Part shown: positions 48,652 through 61,273 of the stretch, one piece after another | Layout: each line of letters begins with the position of its first letter | Position numbering within the stretch: position 1 is the first letter of the stretch | NCBI RefSeq assembly: GCF_964204645.1 | Contig: NW_027437439.1 | Location: 75,001-139,000, forward strand | Length of the DNA stretch: 64,000 bases | Reading direction: 5' to 3' | Origin: Tubulanus polymorphus | Lineage: Eukaryota > Animalia > Nemertea | Made by a program: the position numbers and the translations under genes | The notes under the pieces: generated by a model | The model's database searches: none | What the model was told of the DNA's origin: nothing | The model's input: only the letters and a program-made list of their open reading frames with translations

Positions 48652-48933
48652 AAAAGTCGAAGGTCCCTGGGGGAATTACTCCGCAGCCTGGACCGGTATT
48701 GTGGGATAAATAAATAATTCAGCCAGAAACGACTGAATTAAACATAATTTACCCCACACCAGTTATTTTGTAGGACTCACGCATTAGCAACCTCATTCCA
48801 GGGAGGACAGTACTCTCGACTCGCCCGCTTACCGGAGATCATTTGCCACATCCTGACCCGCCTCCTCCGAGACTCGAACCCGGGCCACAGCGGTGACACG
48901 CTAGTCGCCGACCGACTAAGCCATCCGGTCCGC
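48652..48933 (-). mobile_element. tRNA-derived SINE
   Basis: A box TGGCTTAGTCGG, B box GGTTCGAGTC, body, T-rich end. Confidence 0.65.
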
Positions 48934-51900
48934 CCGATTGTGATAGGAAAACATTCTAACATGTAACTACGTGTAACCATGTTACATGTACATATACCAT
49001 GTACATGTAACCATCGATTTCAAATTTGATTCATGCAACTGATTTCATACGTCATCTGATGCTGTATTTTGTCGAGATACATTTGGTTGACGAAAAGTGG
49101 CTTAATTACATCAGCAAACTGCAGAATTTCTTTTCTATTGCGTCTGGCAAATCCGGTAAAATCCACCGAATTACTCATTAATTCGTTAAATTTGTATTTA
49201 TCTCGGATTTAGCTTTAACTCACAACTGTGCCACCGGGTGCCACCGTATCAACGCGGCGAACCATTCGTTTCAGGATTCGAACCCAACGGCAGAGTAGAA
49301 ATTTTGAATTATTTCTGTTTAGGAAATTAAGGTTAGGTTAGGTTTAAGCTTAGTCGAACAGATGACGGACCCTAGTTATAGCAAACTGAAAAACAGTAGA
49401 CTCAATCGTAACTCGAATCGATTGTGATCTCAGTGATTTGTGTTTGAATTCCAATTAAACAACGGAAATCTGATTGCCAGCATTGAATGTAATGATTCCA
49501 ATATTTGTTTTCGGAGTTTCAATGCTTATTCGACTTGAAGAGATTCGAGTAACGAGTAATCTAACGATTTATCAGATATAAACAATCGAAAACATTTGCT
49601 TCATTGCATATTGGGTCATACAATCCACATCGTATATGTTGTAACCCGCTTTAATCGTCTGACACTAAAACCGTTCTAGATTCTGTATTTAGACGCGAGA
49701 CAAATATGAAAATTATTGAGAAATAACTAAAATTGTGGCTTCGTCACCTGACGCTCAATAACACAAAACTTTTGCAGGGATTTACTGAAACTGAAGTGTC
49801 CGTTCAAACTTTTAAATTGGCATTAAGTGCAAAATATAAAACCAATTCTAAACACATTTGACCTGGTCCTGAGTTGATACGGGCAATTCGGCAGTATAGG
49901 AAGGTGGGCTAGACTATAACGGGCACCGAGGAGTCGAGTAAAGGTTTGTGAAAGGTTGCCAAAATATATATATTTGAATGAAGTGTGGGTTTGACTATTT
50001 CACGGAATGGCTTCTTATTGTAATAATGTTTTAAATGTGTAAGTCACCGGTTCCGGAGATTGTGGTTCTAAACAACGCAACAGATGTCGCCTTCGCTTAA
50101 TTTACACTCGTCGTATAGTTTTCTCAGGAGACCGAGGAGGTTAGCTCGGTGGGAACAGGACGGCGCTCCGGCCCACAGACTGATGGAGGTTAGAAACTGA
50201 CTTTCACCGAGATGGTTATTGCGCTTTGCGTCCTGTCAGACGTCAACTTCGCTCACAAATCCTCAAGCTCGTGCCACTAATTTCCCTATTTACTGAATTA
50301 CTGTAGAGATTGATTTAAAAGTTGAAAAATAATGTGCTTTTAACTGGTATCTGGCTGATGAATGGAGATGTCATTAACTTTAGCGAGTAGAGCCTCATCA
50401 GAAATGATTTTGTCCCAGAAACCGTTTTTACATTCGAATAAACTTTGTACAATTTTGAATAAAAGTCATGTAGGAATCAAGGTTTCAAATTTGTCATTTT
50501 ATTTAAATCTGCAACAAGTGTAAATTACGAGTCTCCTTTATTTTAATAATTCTTGCTCAGTCACACGTATAAAACCAATAAACCAAATACAATACATCGG
50601 AATAGTGAAGCTGATCTTTGAGTGAATACCTGGGTTAGTTGAATAAAAAGTTTTATAATCAGTTTATTATCTTCGGTTATAAATATATCCGAAAAATGAC
50701 ATCTGTTGCGTTTTCTAAGAACCACCCAGTAGAGTTTGGATGCTGTAACGACGCTTTGCTCATATGCTGGTGCTGTATAAGGACTTCTCTCCGCTGCTGG
50801 TTCAAGGTTCCGATAACGATATACATTTGACAATGTCGCGTTCCTCTAGGTAAGTGAAGTGTTTAGCGATTTGAAATAGTCAAAACCAAGATAGAAACTT
50901 TCGAAATAATGCATTTATTAATAACCATTTCGAATTCTCTTGAACTTCGAGCGTTTGGTGTGTTGACGAAACCCATTATTTCGGTATTTCTATGAAAAGT
51001 TCTTAAACCCGACCTAAATTGCAGAAATCGAATTCTTTATTTCAAACACTTTATTTTCATTGAACACACACGCAATGAATTTCAGTATTTACACCTCGCA
51101 TATCTTCAGGTATTCCACCTCCTCACAGCGTTATTCACTTATACTACGACACCCTACAAAACAAATAGCATCAACATTTTAAAAATATGCAGGGCATATT
51201 TATGAAAAGGTTGTTGTGGTTGTTAGGCTTTATAGACACGTCAGTGATACCTTTTCAACGTGTATTTCTAACTCAAATTCGTTTTAACAGTGTCTTAATC
51301 TCTAAACCTAACCCTAAGCAGAACGCCGTCCCCAAATATGTGGAACTGCATCACGAAACGGCCTAGATAGTGGAAGGCTATGGAGGGAGACGTGTTCGCG
51401 CTGGTGGAGGGAGACTCCGACTATTTCGTGTTCACTCAAGGAACAACTCGAAAAAACTTTGTATCAATTGCATCAAGCTTCACTTCAATGTATTTTACTG
51501 TTTTTACACGTGTGACTGAGCAAGAACAATAAGAGAATAAGTAATTTACACTTGTCGCAGATTCAACCAAAATTACAAACTTAAAACAGAACACAATAAC
51601 ATGATATGATTTATTTTTCACTTAAAGATAACAATGAAATAAAGAATGCCGAGTGAGGGTGCAGTCACAGCGCTCACAGGCTGTAACAACTTTGGACCAA
51701 GCCAAGTGGTTTCCGCAATGGTTTCCACGATAATGTTATTCAAAATCTGCCATCATTTTTCCAAGAACCAGGAAGGGCCATCACAAAATAGCTATGTCTT
51801 CATTCATTCGGCTCGGAGAAAGTACAGTCAACATCGCTTAAGTCTTCTTCAGTTGGGAGAATCGTTAAGATGATGACTTACCGAAAGAACGTATTACAAA

Positions 51901-52759
51901 TTACTCCAGAGAATTGTAATTAGAAATACTGATGTAGTGTGATGATTATCTGATAATGACTTAAGCGAGGTTGAGTGTGTAGTGGCAAGGTGTTAGGTCT
52001 GGTAAACGAGGGGATCATCTGTTGGTCGGAAATTGAAAAAACCATTTTAGTAAAAAAGTCTATTTCTGTCATGAATTCGCCGTTGGGCCGGAGCGCCGTC
52101 CTGTGCCCACCGAGCTTACCTCCTCGGTCTCCTGAGAAAACTATACGACAAGTGTAAATTAAGCGAAGTAACTCACACATTTATAACATTATTACAATAC
52201 GAAGCCGTTCCGTGAAATAGTCAAACCCGAACTTCATACCACTCGTCATAACCGGATTAATCGTCCTTGACCGATCAGAGATTACATTCATAATTCCAGG
52301 CAAGCAGACGATCGAAACTAATTTGAATCAATGATTTAGGACAAAATTGCGATCTATATTTAATAATTGCGACCACCTTCCCAAGCCTATAGCTCGACTA
52401 CTCTCAGGTGCTGTATACATGTCTCGGACGATTGAACCGGTTACAAGTTGAATTTACAAGTAATATTTCATTGTCCAGTTTTATGGAATAAGTTTCTTTT
52501 ATCTGATAAATGGTTTTACATAGGACTCCTCTTAACTCAAATTTGTCAAAACCGGCAAGTGGAATTATCATTTCAAACTTTAATACAGATTTAGAACCAT
52601 TACAACAAAAGAATAATCAAGAATATCAATCAGGTTTTTCTAACACCTCAAACATTTAACACTGGTCAGAAATTAATTCGAGTTAAGAGGAATGTTAGGA
52701 GTCTAATGTATCTGAAATTGCTGTAACGAGGACCAATCTGTTTGATAGATAGGCTTAAA

Positions 52760-53620
52760 CCCGACCTAACCTAAGTTTCCTATACGAAAAACTGTTAGAA
52801 ATTCTACTCACCAATTCATGGATTACTTCGATCAGTCTTCTGTTTGTTACTTAGAAGATAAGACATCCAAGCAGGCTACAGCACTGAGCTCTGTTGGTCC
52901 AGGTTGGTAAAGTCCAGCACGCAGACAGCAATCGGGTCTGGAGTAATCGAGGAATGTCTGATCCAAATATGCATTTGTTGATTCAGTCCGCAGCAGGTAT
53001 TGACAGCAAACATGTCCTGAGTAAGAGAAGAAGGCCTGAAGTCCACTGTGTATTTGTTGATTAAGTCCAGCACGCATTGACAGCAATCAGAGGAAGTAGA
53101 GCTCCTCTGAAAAAAAAACGTAATGATCACCGTTATGATTTTTAATTTGACTCCATACAATCCGTTATATCCAGTATTAAAAAACCTACAAATCTACTCA
53201 CCACCAATTCAATTCTGTGTGGAGACTCATAGATTATTTTGAAAACAGCGTTGGTTTAGTCAGCCCCGCGGTATTGGAAGCAATGAGGTCCTCAATGAGG
53301 AATGGCTGATCTGAAAAAGAAGACAATTTCATATTTTTTACAGGTTTCAATTCTGACTGATGAATCAATATTCAAGTAAAGAAGCCCGAGCCCTTATAGC
53401 TTATAGATTTACAAAATCCCGTTTAAGATTCAACTCACCTAACCTCACGTAAGGACGTATATAGTGAATTCAACGTGTGTTAAGAATTAATCCTCAAAAC
53501 TGGTTCAATTCAAATCGAACACGTATTACACGATTTCAAAGACCGACCACAATAACAGGACACAATATGAACTGAGTTTGTCATAATGCGGTTCAATGGT
53601 CACGAGCACCACTGGCTACA
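52760..53620 (-). ncRNA. Diverged inverted member of the same unit
   Basis: The reverse complement contains CAGCCATTCCTCATTGAGGACCTCATTGC, CTGATTGCTGTCAATGCGTGCTGGACTTAA and tag-GAAACTTAG-gt. Confidence 0.4.
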
Positions 53621-53952
53621 AAATACCACTGAACTACAAACGCGTGGTTCTATGATAATACGTACCACACCCTCTGTACTATTCTTACAAACTGAAACAT
53701 GTTCATTTCAAATACAATGAATAAGAAGTTGACCAGTGGGTATCAATAATTCATTAGCTGGAGGATACATCGGTCAAATATAAGAAGTGGACCAGTCCTC
53801 ATTAGAATGCACAAGAAATATCTTAGAACAGTTCGCACTACATTTCAAAAAATCAAATTTCCATTGTGTATGAATTGTCGCTGAATTCGAAGAAAATTCT
53901 TAGAACTATTAGCGATAGACTGTAAACTAATGCCTCGATCAAAAATCATTCC

Positions 53953-54220
53953 CAGGCCTAGCTCATTCTCAGACCTAGCTTATTCCTAGACCTAGCTCAT
54001 TCCCACCACACCTAGCTCATTATCAGACCTAGCTCATTCCCGCCAGACCTAGCTCATTCCCAGACCTAGCTCATTCCCGCCAGACCTAGCTCATTCCCGC
54101 CAGGCCTAGCTCATTCCCAGACCTAGCTCATTCCCAGACCTAGCTCATTCTCAGACCTAGCTCATTCCCAGACCTAGCTCATTTCCAGACCTAGCTCATT
54201 CTCAGACCTAGCTCATCCCG
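53953..54220 (+). repeat. 17-21-bp minisatellite (CAGACCTAGCTCATTCC)
   Basis: About 14 tandem units. Confidence 0.92.
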
Positions 54221-54804
54221 CCAGCCCACGAATTGTTATCGCGGGATAAAACGAAAAACAACCGTTTTATCGCGAAAATGAACCCACAACATTTCGGTTT
54301 TTACTGACAGCCATCATCAGGAATCTGTTAGAAATAAAGAGATGTTGCGCACGTAATGTCGCGCTAGAGAGTCGCCATATTACGTAAACAAAAAAAAGAT
54401 AACCACAGTATTTACGAACGTTCTTAGTTAAGTTCGACTACCAGAGTTAAGATCAGTATTTCGATACATGGATTGTCAATGTTCGAACTCAGTATGCTCG
54501 CGTTCCCAGCGGTACATGCACTGGCGGTTCTCAATGAAAGTTCTGTTCTGGTTGGTGTAATAGGCCAAAAACACCGGGGTGCCTTTTGCTCAAAAGTTGA
54601 TTACATTTAACCAATGGATAGTCAGGCGTCCCGAGGAATTTTCATAGGGGTTCAAATTAGCATCAATCCAGCATCCGAACACAATGTCTGGTGTTTGGTG
54701 GACATGCCCCTCAGTAACTGGCCCCGGAATGTTCTCTCTCCTCTCCGATGACGAACTAATGAGAAATACACGTCTTGTCTTTCGTGAATTAGTATTTATT
54801 GATA

Positions 54805-56300
54805 TCAGTCAGTATCGGGAGTCGTTTGAATGCAAACTGCTGGCTGCTGAACGCCGAAATCTTGGTAATCCAAATCTACAAAAAAAAATTAATTGAAAAT
54901 TAACATACCGGTACGTGAACTGTACAGAGCAAGGCGCATCTTTGAAAGATGGCCGAAGGTCGACCTTGCGATGCGACGCGATCGTCGCGTTGCGTCACAA
55001 GTGGCTGCACAAGTCGGTTGCGACGCGATTGTCAGCGACTGTGTGCGACTAGTTGCTCTCCAGTCGCAAGAGCACGTTGATCGGTTGCGATGGTCGCGTC
55101 GCGTCGCAGAAAGTAGAACATGTGCGACTCATTGCGACTGACGTTGCTGGCAGTCGCAAACCGTCGCTGGCAGTCGCAAGGTAGCGTAGGTCGGTTGGTC
55201 GTTGCGACGCGATCGTCGCTGGCGGTCGCAGTAAGTCGCGTCGCAGTGAGTCGCAAGCCGTCGCAAGGCCGACCTACGCCCGGCTTTAGATAGCTGGGCG
55301 TAGGTCGGTCGTATTTGCCAGCGTAGTAATTAAGAATGGTATTTCCATCGAAATTGTGTTAAATCGGGTGGTAGATTTCTGACGGATTCCTGTAAGATCC
55401 GCCTACACTCACTCCAGCCGGTAGTACGGCCGACGACGTCGTAGTTGAAGATGGACTTGACCTTGACCTCGATGACGCCGTCTGCGGGTGCGTCCTTCAT
55501 TATGAAGAACGCGCCGTATTTAGCGCGTTCGGTCGTTCGCCACGCCTCTTCTCCCGGCCATCGGTAATTCACTTCGTAAATGGCATTTCTAAAGATAAAA
55601 AGAAAACTGACTTGAAAGTTTATTGACGTCTTGAAGAATAACCCACATATTGCTCGATATTGTCGACAACGAATGATATACTATGAATGATATATTATCA
55701 AGGATCAAGAAAGTTATTTCTAATTTGAATATATCGACAATATTGAACGCCAACCAGTCCAGCCCCAATATCAATGACGTAGTACACACATCCACTCCCA
55801 CAATATCCCGATTACCATTAAAATTCGCTATCATAAGGGTCATCTTGGTTCTATAACCAATACAATAACTTAAGGCTAGTCTCAAGATTTAGGAACACTT
55901 GTACTGAAGGTACGATGCGCAACTGATCCCGGAACGCCCCAAAATTTTTGTTGTAAAAATCTTCTTTCTTTGAATATGCTTCTACGTAAAAAATAAAACG
56001 CACAGTTATATGAAGAAAAGTCTATTTTCTAACTGCTTCGGGGTTACTCCTAAAACTCCATCATCAAAGAAACTAAAAACAAAAATGCTTCTACGTGCAT
56101 CCCTCGGAAGAACTATTTCCATACCTGTAATTGTGAAATGTTAATTGCGTCCAGAATTTGTTTTTTTCGGTGAATCGGTACTGTATGTTACCGCGAACAG
56201 GACAAGGCACCATTTTCCACGAATTCGGGATCCAGCCCGACGGAAGCTGCATCGCGATATTGAAACCACCTTCAACAAAAACGAAATAAACATCATCGAT
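54805..56300 (-). CDS. 3' three exons (56300-56125, 55588-55413, 54875-54805) of an expansin-like (DPBB-end plus CBM63) gene
   Basis: GT-AG introns with matching phases (2, then 1), stop codon followed by AATAAA. Product: ...GWIPNSWKMVPCPVRGNIQYRFTEKNKFWTQLTFHNYRNAIYEVNYRWPGEEAWRTTERAKYGAFFI...IEVKVKS...YQDFGVQQ. Confidence 0.72.
54957..55275. mobile_element. MITE in the last intron of the expansin-like gene
   Basis: Terminal inverted repeats AGGTCGACCTTGCGA / TCGCAAGGCCGACCT; GTCGC/GCGAC-rich interior. Confidence 0.65.
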
Positions 56301-56422
56301 CTATAAAACCAGGGTAGTCTCATTACACTTCCCTGATAAAACCAACGAGGGATTTCTGGTTAATTTTATGGGCCCAAGAGACCGGTTCCGTAGTCAGGAC
56401 TTCAGACCAAAAGTGGTCATAA

Positions 56423-56805
56423 CCCTTTGGTGCCCAACCGTTTTTCCCTCAAAAGGTCTTTTGTGCCCAAGGTATATGGCCGATGCAATTAAACAACGAG
56501 CTAGGATACTACTAAAATCATCATAACTTTTTGAATTATGAAGATAGACAGATAATCTTTACACCAAATGAAAGGTAACTTTCACAGCTATCAGATAATG
56601 CAGAATAACATATTCCATATATATGATTACCCCAAAAATAATGACAAATCACACCTCATAAAAATTTTTAAACTTCATGAAGAAAATACAATATTTTTTT
56701 GGCAAAAGTATATCTAAATGTCAAATAAAGAAACAAATCACACAAAATGGTATATTTCCTAAGTTATATCCAAAAATCAAGCCATTTCCTCAATAAAGAA
56801 AAGGG
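56423..56805. mobile_element. Possible piggyBac-type MITE
   Basis: Ends CCCTTT / AAAGGG with TTAA on the right flank and ATAA on the left. Confidence 0.35.
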
Positions 56806-57425
56806 TTAAACCTTAACACTGGTCTTAAATTATTAGATTGGCTATAGAATTAAGTTTGTCTTGGAACTGTTGTGGAGTTGCTTTCGGTTCTCCAACAATG
56901 TTGCGGGGTTGAATTTCTCAACCAATTGTTGTGGGGGCCACGTTGCGTTCTCCCCTCGTGTTGTCGTTGTTGGTTCCGATTAATCCGATAAGTGATATCC
57001 CTCTGACTCCGGAATAATAACAACTCTTCTCGTGGGTCTACGTTCTTTCTTTATTTTCCCGCACAATTCTTATTCCTTCCTACAGCTCGTATTTTTAGGC
57101 TTCTTCGCCACTCTCGCATCTCTCTTCCCCTTACTGTGCTGACCCTCCCTTTTTATCTTATTTCATGTTACTCGTGACGTATACTTCTACATATGTTATA
57201 CGTCACGAGTTTATTATACTTGTTTACTTCCTAGCCATACCAGAGCTCAAGGCTGCCGCTATAACCAGCAACCCTACGCAGATACTCACGTCACTTTCAC
57301 CTATCTTCTATTCAGTGTCTTGTGTGCGACGTAAGCATCTACGTAGTTTGTTTACTAACTTCAGCCACAGCCCTGAACTCTGGCTTCCCTCCCTCTATGC
57401 AAACTACTAATTTATCACCCCAATA

Positions 57426-58317
57426 GTATTCCATCAATTGTAGTGAGCAGTCCTGATTTATTATATACTTGAATTAACGGGTTAGAGATGTTCCAATCTG
57501 ATATTTTGTAAACTTGCCAGAGTAGCTTCGACTTCAAACTACTTTCAATTTCAATACGTGCTTTGTTAGTTTTAGTATAAAACCATGAAGGCGGATGTCC
57601 GGTTTGTTCTCGTATAAGAGCTATAGGTTCACTGGTGCTGTTCCATCCGTCGGAAATTTGAGGACGAGTTTTCATCGGATCCTCACCTGGTCTTAATCTG
57701 AAATCTATCTGTATAAACGTTAAATTCATTGCAAACCCGTCTGGCATCCCGATCCATTCTAACAACAATTTACATCGGAGAGTAGAAATCATGAATTCAT
57801 AACCTGTTTGAGTTTGTAATTCTTTTACTGCATGCTTGTGACATGTATATACAATTTTCAAGTGACTCTGTTCTTCAAACCGATATATGATGTTAACCCG
57901 ACTACCTCGCGCTCCATCGACGTTACTCCTAAACAACAACGAAATCAAACCGTTACTGCGGATATCAAGTTGTTTTCTTCCGTTAGCGCAGAGTTTGTTG
58001 CCGGACTCACCGACTAGAAGGTAGTTTTCGTTACAGAATATCGACGGCTCGATGTCGTAGTAAACTTGAACGAGAAAACTTCCCGGTAAAGAGCTGTTGA
58101 CGAACCAACGACATTCAACACCGCGCACTAACGACGGATAGTTCGGTGAAACGATGTAACCAGACGTAGAATCGACGGAGTATTGAGTGTTGTTACAAGA
58201 TGAACTGACTGTAACAGACGCGGCTTCCTCGACAGAGTTTGCGCGATCAGCCCGCGTAAATATACAGTCTCCGCAAGCGATCAGTAAAACTACGAACAAC
58301 GCTTTCATTCGCTGCAT
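57426..58317 (-). pseudogene. Truncated exon 1 (signal peptide plus CUB) of another GPCR copy
   Basis: Homology to exon 1 ends at TTIDGI, followed by unrelated sequence and a stop. Confidence 0.88.
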
Positions 58318-59589
58318 ATTGAACACAATTCACGCTTCAAAACAAACACATTTCTAACTATTTCTAAGTTTGCGCGACATTTCTCATAAGAGTGGCTGCA
58401 AAGTAATGACGAATTCGCAAATGTTTAAAGTTGACGAATTAATTGAGTCCAATTATTTTGTATAAAAACTCTCCCATCAAACTGGCGCCAGTCTCGTATT
58501 TGTAAAACTTTCATCTGTTTTCGGTTTCGCTGTAATTACCGCGGTTTCTAAATTTAGACGTGCTTCAATATATCGTGTCTATAATCGTGTGCGATTATTT
58601 CGCTAAAAATATTTACTGTCGCTCCCGAACTGCGTTTTGATAACCGAACCAGTTTTTGATAATGTTCGATGATATTTTCTATATTAACTTCAGAATATTC
58701 TGCGTCTCTGTAAAAGACTTCGTCAATATCTGTTTTGACAATTCACACTCTACAGTCAATATAATAACTGAGTTGAAGCTAAGTGAAGCGTATGGATATC
58801 TGATTGTGGCGGGTAAGGTCTTGTTCTGTGCAGACTTTTTGAGGAAACAACTCAATCCAAGTAAGACGACGATGACAGCGGTAGAATAGAAACCGTGCTT
58901 ATAACGAACCAACAAATACAGCAAATACCGATAACGTATTTCGGCGTTATAATCGGACTTCTAGAAAACGGGTTGACGATATTTGAATATCTCTGACGCG
59001 TTAGAATTAAGAGAAAAGTTAACAGTGGTAGAATAGAAACTGTGCTTATAACGAACCAACAAATACAGCAAATACCGATAACGTATTTCGGAGTTATAAT
59101 TGGACTTGTAGTAAACGGGTTGACGATATTTGAATATCTCTAACGCGTTAGAATTAAGAGAAAAGTTAAAGTAGCCTATATTTATTCATCTTGACTTGAA
59201 TTCATAAATACAAATAACAGTATTTCCTGCTTGGCTGCTGCTGTTGCTGCTGTTGCTGGTGCTAAGACAGTTCTAGCAAGTTACAGACAATGGGTATTTG
59301 ATTTATTGAATGGATTGCATATTTCCTATGATGATATCATCTTAATTCATTTTATTTGATGAAATCAATTGCAAATAGTTCTAAGATTCGTGCTTGATTC
59401 CAGTGACAATTCGAGTTATAGACAATGGAAATGTAATTAACAGATTGTATTGCAAAGTGATTTTTCTGCTAATTCAATTTTGAAAGGATTTAATTTACTG
59501 TATAGAAATATCATTTTAACGAGGACTGTTAGAGAATATCTGATATTAAATCTACTTCATATATTAGTTAGGTTTCTGAAGTTAAGATA

Positions 59590-61100
59590 CTAACAGGGCC
59601 AGTCTGGTATTATCTAACCAGTGGTGCTCGTGTCCATTGAACCGCATTATGACAAACTCCGTTCATATTGTGGCCTGTTCTTGTCCTCGATCTTTGAAAT
59701 CATGTAATACGTGTTCGATTTGAATTGAACCAATTCTGATGATTCATTCGTAACATACGTTGAATTCACTATACACGCGCATATATGTCCAGTCCTTATG
59801 TGAGGTTACGTAAGTGAAAAGGGAGATCTATAAGTTTTTTTCCACTAATTTAGAGACTAATTTGCGAAGTTGCCGAGGGATGCTTTCGACAATTCACATC
59901 TCGTGTAAAATTAGTCTACTTGACTCCCTATCTCTGGGATCTCACTCGGGCATCCAACCTAAACTTAAACATTGATTCTTCCAGTCGGAACTGAAATATG
60001 AAATTGTTGTTTTTCAGATTAGCCATTCCTCACTCAGGACCTGATTGCTGCCAATACAAGACTCCAGGCTTTTCTAAAAAATCCATGATGCATAACACAG
60101 AAATTGGTGGTGAGTAGATTTGTGGGTTTTTGATAATGGATATAACAGATTACAATGTACATGTATCGAGGCGAATTGAAAATTATTATTGAGATCAATA
60201 CTTTTTTCAGATAAGCTCTACTTCCTCGGGACCTGATTGCTGTCAGTGCGTGCTGGACTTAACCAACAAGACGGGACATATTTTGGTGCTGTAACTTGGG
60301 TGTCAAATCTCCCAATGAAACGATAACTGATCGTTATAATCCATGAAGTTCCACTCATGAATTGGTGAGCAGACATTTGAATTCCAATTCTGAATGTCAA
60401 ACTTAAGTTAGGTCGGATTCAAGCTGATTCAAGTCAAATTAAACACTTTAGTTGCTTTTTCAGAGAAGATCTTCCTGAGCAAGATCTGATTGTTGACTAA
60501 ACCGACAAATACAGTTTCCAGATTCCAGACCTTCATCACTTCATCAGGACCTGATTGCACCAAGTGTGTGCCGACAAAAACAACCTGATCTGATAGAGGA
60601 CTCATGTGAGCTGAATGATAAATCTCTTCGAGGAAAAGATATTCGAAAACTGCTCACATAAATCGGTGAGTAGAAATTATAAATTATTTCTCTCTAGGAA
60701 ACTGAGGTTAGGTTTAATCTTAGGGTATTTCGTGTTCACTCACGCGTGACGAGGGTTGATATACAAACTACCATCGTCACTAATTGAATCATCCAAGAGA
60801 ACTTCAAATATTGGTTTTTTTAAATGATGCCCTTTCGCCATTTTCTCGGGACATGTTTGCTACCGTTTCGATTAAACCAACCCAAATCGCGACCGGAAGA
60901 CTCAAACTCTTCCGGAATAAACTAAGGAGCTCCACACGTCACATGGATCATGGCGAGTAGACATTTTGTGGAGTCGAAATATCCAATCACCATGATTTAA
61001 TTTCAATACACTGCAGAGCTGTATGATATTGTATAAAAACTTATGTTTCAAAAAATGAGCGCAAATTTATCGCAACAATGAGGACCTCGACGGACCGCCA
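59590..61100 (+). ncRNA. Putative spliced non-coding unit, copy 3
   Basis: Colinear with the other copies; microexon at 60698-60706. Confidence 0.45.
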
Positions 61101-61273
61101 CGAAATGACAACAAGAAACTGGAAACTTCTTTATTGTGAATGACACAATAAAAAAATTAAACTAATTCGGTCATGCGATTTCAAACGAACTCAACTAAGT
61201 TTTAGGATTTCGAGTTTCAACCCCGATTTATAGATAGGCAAACATTATACAGGGACTCCTGTCAAACTGTTGT

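Noticed and set aside
55330-55572. Stand-alone 80-aa ORF or FN3 domain
   Set aside because: Better explained as the middle exon of the expansin-like gene, with phase-compatible splice sites on both sides.
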